A stretch of 64,000 nt of DNA. It comes from Candidatus Omnitrophota bacterium. GTDB lineage: Bacteria; Omnitrophota; Gorgyraeia; Tantalellales; Tantalellaceae. The DNA lies in contig WJMH01000012.1 in NCBI GenBank assembly GCA_014728045.1, positions 63,239-127,238 on the forward strand, given 5' to 3'. Below, piece by piece: positions 55,282-64,000 of the stretch. Each line of letters opens with the position of its first letter. Position 1 is the stretch's first letter. Under the pieces are notes generated by a model. The model searched no databases and was not told where the DNA came from. It saw only the letters and a program-made list of their open reading frames with translations. Position numbers and translations under genes: made by a program.

Positions 55282-56934
55282 ATGAAAGTGACCATAGCGC
55301 AGATAGATCCGGTCATAGGAGATATTGACGGCAACCTTAAAAAGATCGTGGATGTTTTCTGTGACCATGCCAAGCGAACGGATCTTGTAGTCTTTCCGGA
55401 GCTATCTGTTACCGGATATCCTCCGCGTGACCTTTTGGAAAAGCCGGGTTTCATAGAAAAGGCGCAGGAAGCCCTGCGCGAACTCGAGCAGATCTCAGGC
55501 AAATATCCGACCAGTGGCATGATCGTCGGTTCGCCTGTACCTACCGGTAAAAAAACAGGCAAGGGGCTTTACAATTCAGCCGTTCTGATACATGGGGGAA
55601 AGGTGCTCGGCTCCAGCAGCAAGACGCTTCTTCCCGCCTATGATGTGTTTGACGAGACGCGCTACTTTGAGCCCGCTCCCGAGCCGGCTGTTATTCCATT
55701 CAAGGGGGAGATGCTGGGCATCTCCGTTTGCGAGGACATGTGGACGGCGGATGAGCTCTGGCCGAGAATGGTTTACGGGTGCGACCCGATCGAGAAACTT
55801 AAAGAAAACGGAGCGACGATACTCATCAACGTTTCGGCATCGCCTTTTTACGCGGGCAAGGAAAAGATCAGGTATGACCTTATAAAAAGCCATGCGATCA
55901 AACACGGCAAGCCTTTCATTTTCGTGAACCAGGTGGGTGGTAACGATGAGCTTGTCTTTGACGGCAGGAGCCTTTCGGTGGACGCGCAGGGTGAACCGCT
56001 CGCCGTGCTTTCACCTTTTACCGAACAAATCAAGACGGTGGATACATCTGGTCGGGCCAGCGAGGGAAGTTACTCCCCCCAGGATGAGATAGAATCCGTT
56101 TACCAGGCCCTGGTGCTGGGACTGACCGATTACATGTCCAAATGCGGTTTCAGGGAGGCGGTAATAGGCCTCTCGGGCGGGATAGATTCGGCCGTTGTCA
56201 GCTGTATAGCCGCCGACGCCATAGGGCCGGAGAACGTGCTGGGCATCACCATGCCTTCGGAATATACCTCAGAGGAAACCGAGAATTATTCTAAGCAGCT
56301 TGCCTCGAACCTGGGTATATCCTTCAGGGTGATACCAATTAACGATATATATACCTCCTATCTAAAAGCTCTTAAGAACGACATTGAGCCGGAGGATGAG
56401 ACAGACCTGGGTATAACCTTCCAGAACATACAGGCGAGGGTAAGGGGTAATATCCTGATGGCCTTTTCCAATCGGTACGGTCATCTTTTGCTCAGTACGG
56501 GCAATAAAAGCGAACTGGCCGTTGGATACTGCACGCTCTACGGTGATATGGCAGGAGGTCTTGCCCTTATATCCGATGTCCCCAAGACGATGATATACAA
56601 AATGGCTGGATATATAAACAGGAAAAAGAAGCTTATCCCGCAAGAGATAATCGACAGGCCTCCTTCTGCTGAGCTGAAGCCGGGGCAGCTGGACCAGGAT
56701 ACCCTGCCGCCTTATGATAAACTTGATGAGGTGCTTTACCGGTATCTGGACGAGGGAGAGTCCCCGAGAAAACTTATCTCCAGCGGTCTGGACGGAAAGC
56801 TCGTGAACTGGGTGGTAAGGAGCGTCAGCAGGAACGAGTATAAAAGAAGGCAGGCCCCTCCCGGGATCAAAGTGACCAGCAAGGCCTTCGGTTCAGGCAG
56901 GAGAATGCCAATTGCCGCCAGGTACACCGAATAA
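55282..56934 (+). CDS. nadE: Glutamine-dependent NAD+ synthetase
   Basis: Nitrilase triad 'FPEL', 'KTLLP.YDVFDE', 'VCED'; synthetase motifs 'GLSGGIDS', 'NIQAR', 'TGNKSE'. Confidence 0.95.
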   Translation: MKVTIAQIDPVIGDIDGNLKKIVDVFCDHAKRTDLVVFPELSVTGYPPRDLLEKPGFIEKAQEALRELEQISGKYPTSGMIVGSPVPTGKKTGKGLYNSAVLIHGGKVLGSSSKTLLPAYDVFDETRYFEPAPEPAVIPFKGEMLGISVCEDMWTADELWPRMVYGCDPIEKLKENGATILINVSASPFYAGKEKIRYDLIKSHAIKHGKPFIFVNQVGGNDELVFDGRSLSVDAQGEPLAVLSPFTEQIKTVDTSGRASEGSYSPQDEIESVYQALVLGLTDYMSKCGFREAVIGLSGGIDSAVVSCIAADAIGPENVLGITMPSEYTSEETENYSKQLASNLGISFRVIPINDIYTSYLKALKNDIEPEDETDLGITFQNIQARVRGNILMAFSNRYGHLLLSTGNKSELAVGYCTLYGDMAGGLALISDVPKTMIYKMAGYINRKKKLIPQEIIDRPPSAELKPGQLDQDTLPPYDKLDEVLYRYLDEGESPRKLISSGLDGKLVNWVVRSVSRNEYKRRQAPPGIKVTSKAFGSGRRMPIAARYTE

Positions 56935-56947
56935 ATGGTCCTGGCAG

Positions 56948-56976
56948 TTGCAATTTTACGGCTTTCATGATATAAA
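56948..56976 (+). promoter_or_regulatory. Sigma70 promoter of the GH130 gene
   Basis: TTGCAA-N17-TATAAA with an extended TG. Confidence 0.45.
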
Positions 56977-57019
56977 ATGCTCTACCTGAAAATATACCTC
57001 GACAAGAAAAGGAGTCATC

Positions 57020-57970
57020 ATGGCGAACGAAAGTGTCCTGAAAAGGTATAAGGGCAACCCCATAATCACCGCCAGCGCGGTACCCAGGGCCAACAGTATA
57101 CATAACAGCGCTGTAGTCCCTTTTGAAGACGGATATGCGGGGATATTCCGCGTGGACGAAATAGACTTCAATTTCACCATGCACGTGGGTTTCAGCAAGG
57201 ACGGTATCAAGTGGGATATAGAACCGGATATACTGAAGATGGAGTGCGACGACGAATATCTCAGGATAACCGACAGGACCTATGATCCCAGGCTTACAAA
57301 GATAGGCGATACGTATTATTTCACCTGGTGTCTGGATTCGCCCCAGGGGCCAGTGATAGGAATGGCAACCACCAAGGATTTCAAAAGGTTCGAACAGAAA
57401 GAGAACCTGACGCTGCCGGCGAACAGGAACTGCGTTATCTTCCCCCGGAAGATAAACGGTAAGTATGCCATGCTCAGCAGGCCGAGCGACAGAGGGCACA
57501 CTCCCTTCGGGGACATGTTCTTCTCCTCGAGCCCTGACCTTGTCAACTGGGGCTGTCACCGTTTCGTTTTCGGTACCACCAGGAGCAGCTGGCAATCCAC
57601 TAAGATAGGCCCCGGTCCGGCGCCGATAGAGACCGAGCATGGGTGGCTTCTGATCTACCACGGCGTTTGGACGAGCTGTAACGGCTACCTTTATTACGCC
57701 GGCGGGGCGATACTGGACCTTGAAGAACCCTGGAAGGTCCTTTACAGGACAAAGGATTACCTCCTTGCCCCTTCGGAACCGTATGAAAGGGTGGGGGATG
57801 TCCCTAACGTTGTCTTCCCCAGTTCGGCGATAGTCAATGACGGCACGATCCGTATTTATTACGGATGCGCCGATACATGTATATCCATAGCCGAGGGGGA
57901 GATCGAAGAAGTGATCGATTATATAAAGACCCATAGCTATGAAGCCACGGGAGGCTATAAAAGGGCTTGA
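57020..57970 (+). CDS. GH130 beta-mannoside phosphorylase
   Basis: 'RYKGNPII', 'YDPR', 'NRNCVIFPRKING', 'SRPSD.GHTPFGD', 'YERVGDVPNVVFP'. Confidence 0.9.
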   Translation: MANESVLKRYKGNPIITASAVPRANSIHNSAVVPFEDGYAGIFRVDEIDFNFTMHVGFSKDGIKWDIEPDILKMECDDEYLRITDRTYDPRLTKIGDTYYFTWCLDSPQGPVIGMATTKDFKRFEQKENLTLPANRNCVIFPRKINGKYAMLSRPSDRGHTPFGDMFFSSSPDLVNWGCHRFVFGTTRSSWQSTKIGPGPAPIETEHGWLLIYHGVWTSCNGYLYYAGGAILDLEEPWKVLYRTKDYLLAPSEPYERVGDVPNVVFPSSAIVNDGTIRIYYGCADTCISIAEGEIEEVIDYIKTHSYEATGGYKRA

Positions 57971-58005
57971 GGGTTGAAGATACGTTATTAATATTATATT
58001 TATAC

Positions 58006-58035
58006 TTGAATTTTTTTTTGACCCTGTGATATAAT
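58006..58035 (+). promoter_or_regulatory. Sigma70 promoter of tRNA-Lys and tRNA-Gly
   Basis: TTGAAT-N18-TATAAT with a TGn extension, about 20 nt before the tRNA. Confidence 0.55.
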
Positions 58036-58054
58036 ACGCTTCTAAAATAACGGT

Positions 58055-58130
58055 GCCCGCATAGCTCAGCTGGTAGAGCAACTGACTCTTAATCAGTGGG
58101 TCCAAGGTTCGAGCCCTTGTGCGGGTACCA
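58055..58130 (+). tRNA. tRNA-Lys(CUU)
   Basis: Arm ACTGA-CTCTTAA-TCAGT; CCA. Confidence 0.95.
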
Positions 58131-58164
58131 TCTTTTTCTTTATAAGAAATTGTACGCAAGTCGA

Positions 58165-58240
58165 GCGGGTGTAGCTCAGTTGGTAGAGCATCACGTTGCC
58201 AACGTGATTGTCGTCGGTTCGAGCCCGATCACCCGCTCCA
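58165..58240 (+). tRNA. tRNA-Gly(GCC)
   Basis: Arm TCACG-TTGCCAA-CGTGA; U73 plus CCA. Confidence 0.95.
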
Positions 58241-58336
58241 TTTTTAGAAGACCTCTCTAGTTCAGGAGCTTTCCAGAAAAAATGTTTTAGGTGCGAATAT
58301 ATATTATTGTGGGATAAATAATAAATTAGGAGTGGC

Positions 58337-58810
58337 ATGAACATTATAGATTTACTCTCAAAAGACGCGATATCCGTGGACCTCCAATCGACCGAAAAGG
58401 AGGAGATAATCTCGGAACTGGTAGAACTGCTCGTTTCTTCAGGTTCCATCAAGAAACCGGACAAGGATCTGGTCCTGAAAAAACTTCAGGAAAGGGAGAT
58501 GCTCGGCTCTACGGGTATAGGAAAAGGGGTTGCTATTCCGCATGCCAAGTGCGCCAAGGTAAAGAAAATGGTAGCCGCTCTGGGGATCTCGAAGGAAGGA
58601 ACGGACTTCAAATCCCTGGACGGGGAAGCGACACATATTTTCTTTCTCCTTATAGCGCCGGGCGAGACTCCCGGTCCCCATCTTAAGGCGCTGGCCAAGA
58701 TATCACGTCTTTTGGACGACAAGTTCGTCAGGGACAGGCTGCTTTCGGCTTCATCGCCGCAGGAGATATTGAAGATAGTCAAAGACGAAGAACTTAAAAA
58801 AGTAGCCTGA
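58337..58810 (+). CDS. ptsN: PTS EIIA (Ntr/fructose-type)
   Basis: 'REMLGSTGIG.GVAIPHA', 'DFKSLDG', 'HLKALAKISR'. Confidence 0.88.
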   Translation: MNIIDLLSKDAISVDLQSTEKEEIISELVELLVSSGSIKKPDKDLVLKKLQEREMLGSTGIGKGVAIPHAKCAKVKKMVAALGISKEGTDFKSLDGEATHIFFLLIAPGETPGPHLKALAKISRLLDDKFVRDRLLSASSPQEILKIVKDEELKKVA

Positions 58811-58829
58811 TCAGGATACAAGGATAAGC

Positions 58830-60080
58830 ATGAAGCGGCTAAAGTGGTTATATCCCGGGATGCTCATAAAGCGGTGGATATTCCTTACGGTCTTCGGGAT
58901 ACTTCTGGTCTCGATGGGGTTTGTGATAGTCATACTTGAACGCAACCCCGAGAACAAGGCCATAGCGGGCCTTGTCATTATCTCCGGTATACTTTGCGTG
59001 ATAATAGCCGTAAAGAGGATACTCAAGTCGCTCATGGCGGCCCTGGTGCCGGAGCCGGGACGGGCCGAGAACCTGCTGGTAGAGAAGATATATGAAAAAC
59101 GCATCCTGGAAAAAGGTCCCAAGATAGTCGTTGTCGGCGGCGGGACCGGGCTGTCCACCCTCTTGACGGGGCTTAAGCAGAAGACGAGCAACATTACCGC
59201 TATCGTCACGGTAGCCGATGACGGGGGCTCTAGTGGCAGACTGCGGGAAGAGTTCGACGTTCTGCCGCCGGGGGATATACGCAACTGTCTGGTGGCCCTT
59301 TCCGATTCAGAGGATTTGCTGGGCGCTCTTTTCCAGTTCAGGTTCAGTGAGGGCAGAGAGCTCAGGGGACATAATTTCGGGAATCTTTTCATTACCGCTC
59401 TTTCACAGGTTACGGGGGATTTCGCCAGGGCGATCAGGGAATCCAGCAAGGTCTTGGCCATAAGGGGCAACGTGGTGCCCGCTACTCTTGAAAAGGTCAG
59501 GCTTGTTGCCAAAAGGGAGGACGGCAAGGAGACGGTGGGGGAAAGCCGCATACGCGAAGAGGGCAACAGCCCCATCAACCGCCTGACGCTTACGCCTGAC
59601 GGGTGCGAAGCCGCAAGGGAATCCGTCGAGGCGATAAGAGAGGCCGATGCCATTATACTCGGCCCGGGCAGTCTTTACACGAGCGTAATGCCCAATCTGC
59701 TCATTGAAGGGATAAAGCGAGAGATAATCAGGTCAAAAGTGCCCAAGATATACATATGCAACGTAATGACCGAAGCGGGGGAGACGGACTATTATTCTGT
59801 AAGCGACCACGTGAGGGCGATCATAAAGCATACGCATCCGGCGATAATCAATTACTGCGTAGGGAATGTTTCACGGATCCCCAAGCCGTTGTATGAGAAA
59901 TACGCGAAGGAGAACAAGTTCCCGGTGAAGCTTGATGAGAACGACGAACGGTGGCTCAGACAAGAGAACATAACATTGGTCAAAGCGCACATAGCCAGCA
60001 TGAAAGAATTCGTCAGGCACGACACGCATAAATTGAGCGACGTGATCGTAAGGATATTGAACGAACACAAGAAAAAATGA
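58830..60080 (+). CDS. yvcK: YvcK/GlmR (UDP-GlcNAc-binding, CofD-like) protein with N-terminal TM helices
   Basis: 'GGGTGL', 'DDGGSSG.LR', 'PPGDIRNCL', 'GPGSLYTS', 'RHD'. Confidence 0.9.
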   Translation: MKRLKWLYPGMLIKRWIFLTVFGILLVSMGFVIVILERNPENKAIAGLVIISGILCVIIAVKRILKSLMAALVPEPGRAENLLVEKIYEKRILEKGPKIVVVGGGTGLSTLLTGLKQKTSNITAIVTVADDGGSSGRLREEFDVLPPGDIRNCLVALSDSEDLLGALFQFRFSEGRELRGHNFGNLFITALSQVTGDFARAIRESSKVLAIRGNVVPATLEKVRLVAKREDGKETVGESRIREEGNSPINRLTLTPDGCEAARESVEAIREADAIILGPGSLYTSVMPNLLIEGIKREIIRSKVPKIYICNVMTEAGETDYYSVSDHVRAIIKHTHPAIINYCVGNVSRIPKPLYEKYAKENKFPVKLDENDERWLRQENITLVKAHIASMKEFVRHDTHKLSDVIVRILNEHKKK

Positions 60081-60087
60081 GGAACGC

Positions 60088-62097
60088 GTGAAAGCGGCAA
60101 AGTTCGCAATGGCGTTTCATTGCTATCAACCGGTCTTTAACTTTGTATCGGAATTTGAGAATGCGTATGAAAAGGCGTATCTGCCCCTTGTTGATACCCT
60201 GGGAGGATATCCCCGGGTCAGGGCGTCATTGCATTTTTCAGGTAATATGCTCGAATGGCTGGACGGGCGGCACCCGGATTATCTGGATAAGCTCAGGCTG
60301 CTGCTCGATCGGGACCAGATAGAGATACTGGGTGGAGGCTGTTACGAGCCGGTAATGGCCATAATACCCGAGCGGGACAGGGTGGAACAGCTCAGGCTGA
60401 CAGAAACCCTTATCCAAAGGCTCTTTGGAGTGAAGCCGGAAGGCGCATGGCTCGCCGAAAGGGTGTGGGACCCCTCCCTTGCGGACACACTTAGCGGAGC
60501 GGGGATCAAATACACGATAGTTGACGACCACCACCTGGAAATGGCGGGTTTCGGTGAAAAGGTGTTCGCGCCGTGCTTTACCAGCGGTGAAAAGGGCAGG
60601 GTGGCTTTATTCGCCTGCCTGAAAGCGCTCAGATATTCGATACCTTTCAGGCCTCCGCGGGCATCGATAGGGTACATGAAGAGTATCGCTGCCGCAAGAG
60701 GTGATGAACCCACGTGTTTCTTCTTCGCCGATGACGGCGAGAAGTTCGGTGCCTGGCCGCATACGTACAGATGGGTTCACAAGAGGGGATGGCTCAAGAG
60801 TTTTTTCGCTCTTTTACAGGATAATGCGTCATGGCTTGAGACGGTCAGATATTCTGATGTTCTCTCCAGCGTCGAATGCGAGGAAGTGGGCAATGTGCCG
60901 CCTTCAAGTTACGCAGAGATGATGGGCTGGAGCGGCGGGGACTTCAGGAACTTCCTCGGGAAATACCCCGAGGCGGACAGGATGCACAAAAGGATGCTTT
61001 CTGTGAGCGATGCTATAAACGCGCATGGAATCGCCTGCGAGAGAACCCGGGCCGCGAGGAAAGAGCTTTTCAAGGCACAGTCGAACTGTGCTTACTGGCA
61101 CGGCACTTTCGGCGGACTTTACCTGCCGCATCTTCGAAGCGGTGTGTACAGGCATCTGATAAGGGCGCAGGACATGATAGAGCCACCTGAAAGGGAAAAG
61201 CTCCGGAATTTCCAGTGCGTGGAAGTGGACCTCGGCTCCGCGGGCAGTGAGACCCTGCTGGGAAGCGGGCATCTGGACATTTATATAAGTCCCGGTGAAG
61301 GAGCTTCGGTAAGAGAGCTCGCCCACAAGGCTTCAAGCAGTAACCTGGTCAACACACTGACGCGTGTAAAGGAAAAGTACCATGATAAGCTGGGCAGGGG
61401 TTTTTCGCTCAGGGTGAGGAAGGCCAGAAGGGCCATTTTCCGGGGAGAGCACGCTGATATACATGACGTTCTAGGCGCGGCCGAGAAAGGCCTTAAAAAA
61501 CACCTGATCTATGATAATTATCGGAGGGGATCTTTTCTCTCGCATGTTTTCCTGGAAAAATTCCCGTGGAAGGACCTGGCTTCGGGTAGATCCGGATGCA
61601 GCAGCTTCCTCAAGGGGGGATATTCCTCCTCCGTGAGAACGCATAGTGGATTCATTACATGCGACCTTGCAAGGAGAAGCGTTGTCCCTTCAGCCGGTGG
61701 GGCATCTTGCGAGGTGGGGATGGCTAAACGCGTGATGCTTGGAGAAGGGCCGGCCGTGATGTTCTCTGAGAGGCTTGAAAAATATTCCTCCGGCAGATAT
61801 GATTTGAGGCATGCGGTGGAATTCAATTTTCTTGTCTGGGATAAAAAGGTGATTTCGCGTCAAAGGTTATTGCGAACGGATGCTTTATCGCTGAAAGACA
61901 TGTACTCGGGCACGGTGCTCGATTTTTACATGGACAAAAAATATACGGTCTATGCCAGACCGGTTTATACGGTCAACGAGACCGAAATAGGACTTAAGAA
62001 AATGTTCCAGGGGATATCCGTCTTCATAGGGAATGATATCGTCCTGGACGATCAGAGAGGATCGGATCGGATAAAAGTGACCATAGCGATAGGATAG
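60088..62097 (+). CDS. GH57 4-alpha-glucanotransferase/amylase
   Basis: 'FHCYQP', 'GAWLAERVW', 'DDGEKFG.WP', 'AQSNCAYWHG.FGGLYLPHLR'. Confidence 0.88.
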   Translation: MKAAKFAMAFHCYQPVFNFVSEFENAYEKAYLPLVDTLGGYPRVRASLHFSGNMLEWLDGRHPDYLDKLRLLLDRDQIEILGGGCYEPVMAIIPERDRVEQLRLTETLIQRLFGVKPEGAWLAERVWDPSLADTLSGAGIKYTIVDDHHLEMAGFGEKVFAPCFTSGEKGRVALFACLKALRYSIPFRPPRASIGYMKSIAAARGDEPTCFFFADDGEKFGAWPHTYRWVHKRGWLKSFFALLQDNASWLETVRYSDVLSSVECEEVGNVPPSSYAEMMGWSGGDFRNFLGKYPEADRMHKRMLSVSDAINAHGIACERTRAARKELFKAQSNCAYWHGTFGGLYLPHLRSGVYRHLIRAQDMIEPPEREKLRNFQCVEVDLGSAGSETLLGSGHLDIYISPGEGASVRELAHKASSSNLVNTLTRVKEKYHDKLGRGFSLRVRKARRAIFRGEHADIHDVLGAAEKGLKKHLIYDNYRRGSFLSHVFLEKFPWKDLASGRSGCSSFLKGGYSSSVRTHSGFITCDLARRSVVPSAGGASCEVGMAKRVMLGEGPAVMFSERLEKYSSGRYDLRHAVEFNFLVWDKKVISRQRLLRTDALSLKDMYSGTVLDFYMDKKYTVYARPVYTVNETEIGLKKMFQGISVFIGNDIVLDDQRGSDRIKVTIAIG

Positions 62098-62100
62098 TTG

Positions 62101-62376
62101 ATGGAGATCAGAAAAGAAATAGTCGTTAAGAACAAGACCGGGCTTCACGCCAGGCCCGCTGCCTTGTTCGTTCAGATAGCTAATAAATACCAGAGCGACA
62201 TAACGATAATCAAGGATGACCAGGAGGTCAACGGGAAATCCATAATGGGTATACTTATGCTCGCCGCGGAAAAGGGTTCAAAGGTGACCATAGTGGCCAA
62301 TGGTGAGGATGCTGAGCATGCCGTTAAGGAGTTGGAAGAGATACTGCTTAACGACATGGAGCCTGAAAAATTCTGA
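62101..62376 (+). CDS. ptsH: Phosphocarrier protein HPr
   Basis: 'GLHARPAA' (His15) and 'NGKSIMG' (Ser46). Confidence 0.96.
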   Translation: MEIRKEIVVKNKTGLHARPAALFVQIANKYQSDITIIKDDQEVNGKSIMGILMLAAEKGSKVTIVANGEDAEHAVKELEEILLNDMEPEKF

Positions 62377-62411
62377 ATAACAGGTGGCAGGAAGAAGAGG
62401 GGACTAATCTG

Positions 62412-64000
62412 ATGGCTGATAATAAGAAGTCTTCCAAGAAGAAACAGATCCAGCTTAAGGGGATCCCGGCAGCGCCCGGTATCGCGATAGGAAAAGCTCA
62501 TGTTTTCGGCACGGAGGACATGATACCCCAGGAACGCAAGATATCCGAATCAGAGGTATCCGGCGAGATAGACAGGTTCAAGCGGGCTCTTGCCGAGACC
62601 AGGAAAGAGGTCCTTGCCATTGAAAGAAGGATCTCCAAGGAAATGGGGGTAGAGCACGGGAGTATATTCAGGGCGCATCTTCTGGTTCTCGAGGACAGCG
62701 TGCTCGTGCAGGAGGTCATCTCCCGCCTTAAAAAGAGGAAAAAGAATATCGAGACCATCTTCGCGGAAGTGCTCAATAAGTACATAAGCGTTCTGTCTTC
62801 GGCCAAGGACGAATACCTCAGGGACAGGGTAAGCGATATAACCGATGTGGGAAAAAGGATACTTCGCAACCTGATCGGAGCCGAAGAAAGGAGCATGGAA
62901 GGGCTTCACGATAAATCCATTATAATCTCCTATGACCTTTCTCCTTCGGATACTGCAATGATGCACAAAGGCCGGGTGATAGGCTTCGCTACCGATATTG
63001 GCGGCAGGACCTCACATACCGCCATCATGGCGAAATCCCTGGAGATACCCGCAGTGGTCGGGCTGGAATCCATTACCGACGTGGTCAAGAACGGCGACCA
63101 GGTGATACTTGACGGTACGCACGGTGTGGTCATAGTCAACCCCACCAAGAGATTTCTTGACAAATACCATAAGGAGAAGAAGAAGCTCGAGAATCTTGAA
63201 AAGGAACTCGTCGAGCTTAAGACCCTCCCCAGCGAAACGACCGATAACAAGAAGGTCACCGTTGCGGGTAATATAGAGCTTCCCGAGGACGTGGCAAGTG
63301 TCATCTCCCACGGCGCCGAAGGCATAGGTCTTTACAGGACCGAATATTTCTATATGAACCGGCGGGATCTGCCCAGCGAAGAGGAACAGTTCAACGCCTA
63401 CAAATCCGTGGCCCTCAGGATAAAACCCCATTGTGTCGTTATAAGGACCCTTGACCTGGGCGGGGATAAGTTCCTTTCGCAGCTTGAGGTCCCGAGGGAG
63501 ATGAACCCGTTCTTGGGGTGGAGGGCGATACGCTTCTGCCTCGCCAGACCTGATATCTTCAAAGCCCAGCTGAGGGCGATACTCAGGGCCTCGGCGTTCG
63601 GTAACCTTAAGCTGATGTATCCGATGATATCCGGTGTCGGGGAGCTCAGGCAGGCAAATATGCTCCTTTCGGAGGTTAAGGAAGATCTGCGCAAGGAAAA
63701 GGTCAAGTTCAATAAGGATATCCCGGTCGGGGCGATGATAGAAGTGCCCTCGGCTGCCATTACCAGTGACGTGCTGGCCAAGGAAGTCGATTTTTTCAGT
63801 ATCGGCACCAACGATCTGATCCAGTATTCACTGGCTGTTGACAGGGTGAACGAAAAGATAGCCTATCTTTATGAGCCCACTCATCCGGCTGTTCTTAACC
63901 TCATAAAGCAGGTGATAGACAACGGGCACAGTGAGAACATACCCGTGGCCCTGTGCGGTGAGATGGCGGGGGATATTTCGCTTACCATGATACTGCTCGG
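62412..64000 (+). CDS. ptsI: PTS enzyme I, truncated at the window end and missing from the ORF track
   Basis: Read by hand from ATG 62412: [27 protein letters not shown]...'[14 protein letters not shown]', 'GIGLYRTE', 'DLGGDK', 'SIGTNDL', 'CGEMA'. Confidence 0.93.
   Translation, partial: MADNKKSSKKKQIQLKGIPAAPGIAIGKAHVFGTEDMIPQERKISESEVSGEIDRFKRALAETRKEVLAIERRISKEMGVEHGSIFRAHLLVLEDSVLVQEVISRLKKRKKNIETIFAEVLNKYISVLSSAKDEYLRDRVSDITDVGKRILRNLIGAEERSMEGLHDKSIIISYDLSPSDTAMMHKGRVIGFATDIGGRTSHTAIMAKSLEIPAVVGLESITDVVKNGDQVILDGTHGVVIVNPTKRFLDKYHKEKKKLENLEKELVELKTLPSETTDNKKVTVAGNIELPEDVASVISHGAEGIGLYRTEYFYMNRRDLPSEEEQFNAYKSVALRIKPHCVVIRTLDLGGDKFLSQLEVPREMNPFLGWRAIRFCLARPDIFKAQLRAILRASAFGNLKLMYPMISGVGELRQANMLLSEVKEDLRKEKVKFNKDIPVGAMIEVPSAAITSDVLAKEVDFFSIGTNDLIQYSLAVDRVNEKIAYLYEPTHPAVLNLIKQVIDNGHSENIPVALCGEMAGDISLTMILL

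Noticed and set aside
56867-58159. 430-aa minus-strand ORF, and similar long antisense ORFs such as 54..1064, 26205..26984 and 58811..59653
   Set aside because: These are shadows of well-supported plus-strand genes or tRNAs and contain no recognisable motifs.
58290-58317. Possible dif site (GGTGCGAATAT-ATATTA-TTGTGGGATAA); a weaker look-alike lies at 18727-18757
   Set aside because: The XerD arm matches TTATGTTAAAT poorly or the spacer length is wrong.
1-64000. CRISPR arrays, rRNA, IS/transposases, prophage genes, genetic-code reassignment
   Set aside because: No repeat-spacer periodicity and no rRNA, transposase, integrase or phage motifs were seen. TGA, TAG and TAA all terminate conserved genes at the expected positions.

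Overview
A gene-dense chromosomal segment of a diderm bacterium, mostly on the + strand. Gene content and protein style suggest the PVC group, probably Ca. Omnitrophota; this is an inference. From left to right it holds: (1) a beta-mannan-type carbohydrate locus with ABC permeases, two GH113 enzymes, two stand-alone CBM-like paralogs, a ROK regulator and a binding protein; (2) a 908-aa exported orphan protein, an outer-membrane barrel and a stand-alone MshEN-like protein; (3) an htpX-ArnT-GT2-YdjC envelope-modification operon; (4) tRNA-Leu, smpB and a tmRNA with an unusually long 35-codon tag, followed by a 1.5-kb integrase-less AT-rich islet bounded by a perfect 66-bp direct repeat; (5) a 22-41 kb signalling, stress and dormancy-like block with a histidine kinase, two receivers, CopB, split transketolase, HPF-CSD, a PRTase, a GH15-like/GT4/orphan enzyme I operon and msrAB; (6) murI-fumarase-rph-rdgB, an AsmA-like gene and four tRNAs; (7) a tightly coupled run of SPL-like radical SAM, SagB-like oxidoreductase, DUF1704/MATCAP-like metallopeptidase, two divergent ATP-grasp ligases and cstA, whose stop codon lies inside tRNA-Arg(UCG), then nadE; (8) GH130, two tRNAs and a ptsN-yvcK-GH57-ptsH-ptsI cluster cut by the window edge. 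The best candidate for an undescribed system is the peptidase plus double ATP-grasp module, a possible amino-acid tagging 'writer/eraser' system. All calls come from reading motifs by eye; no searches were run.
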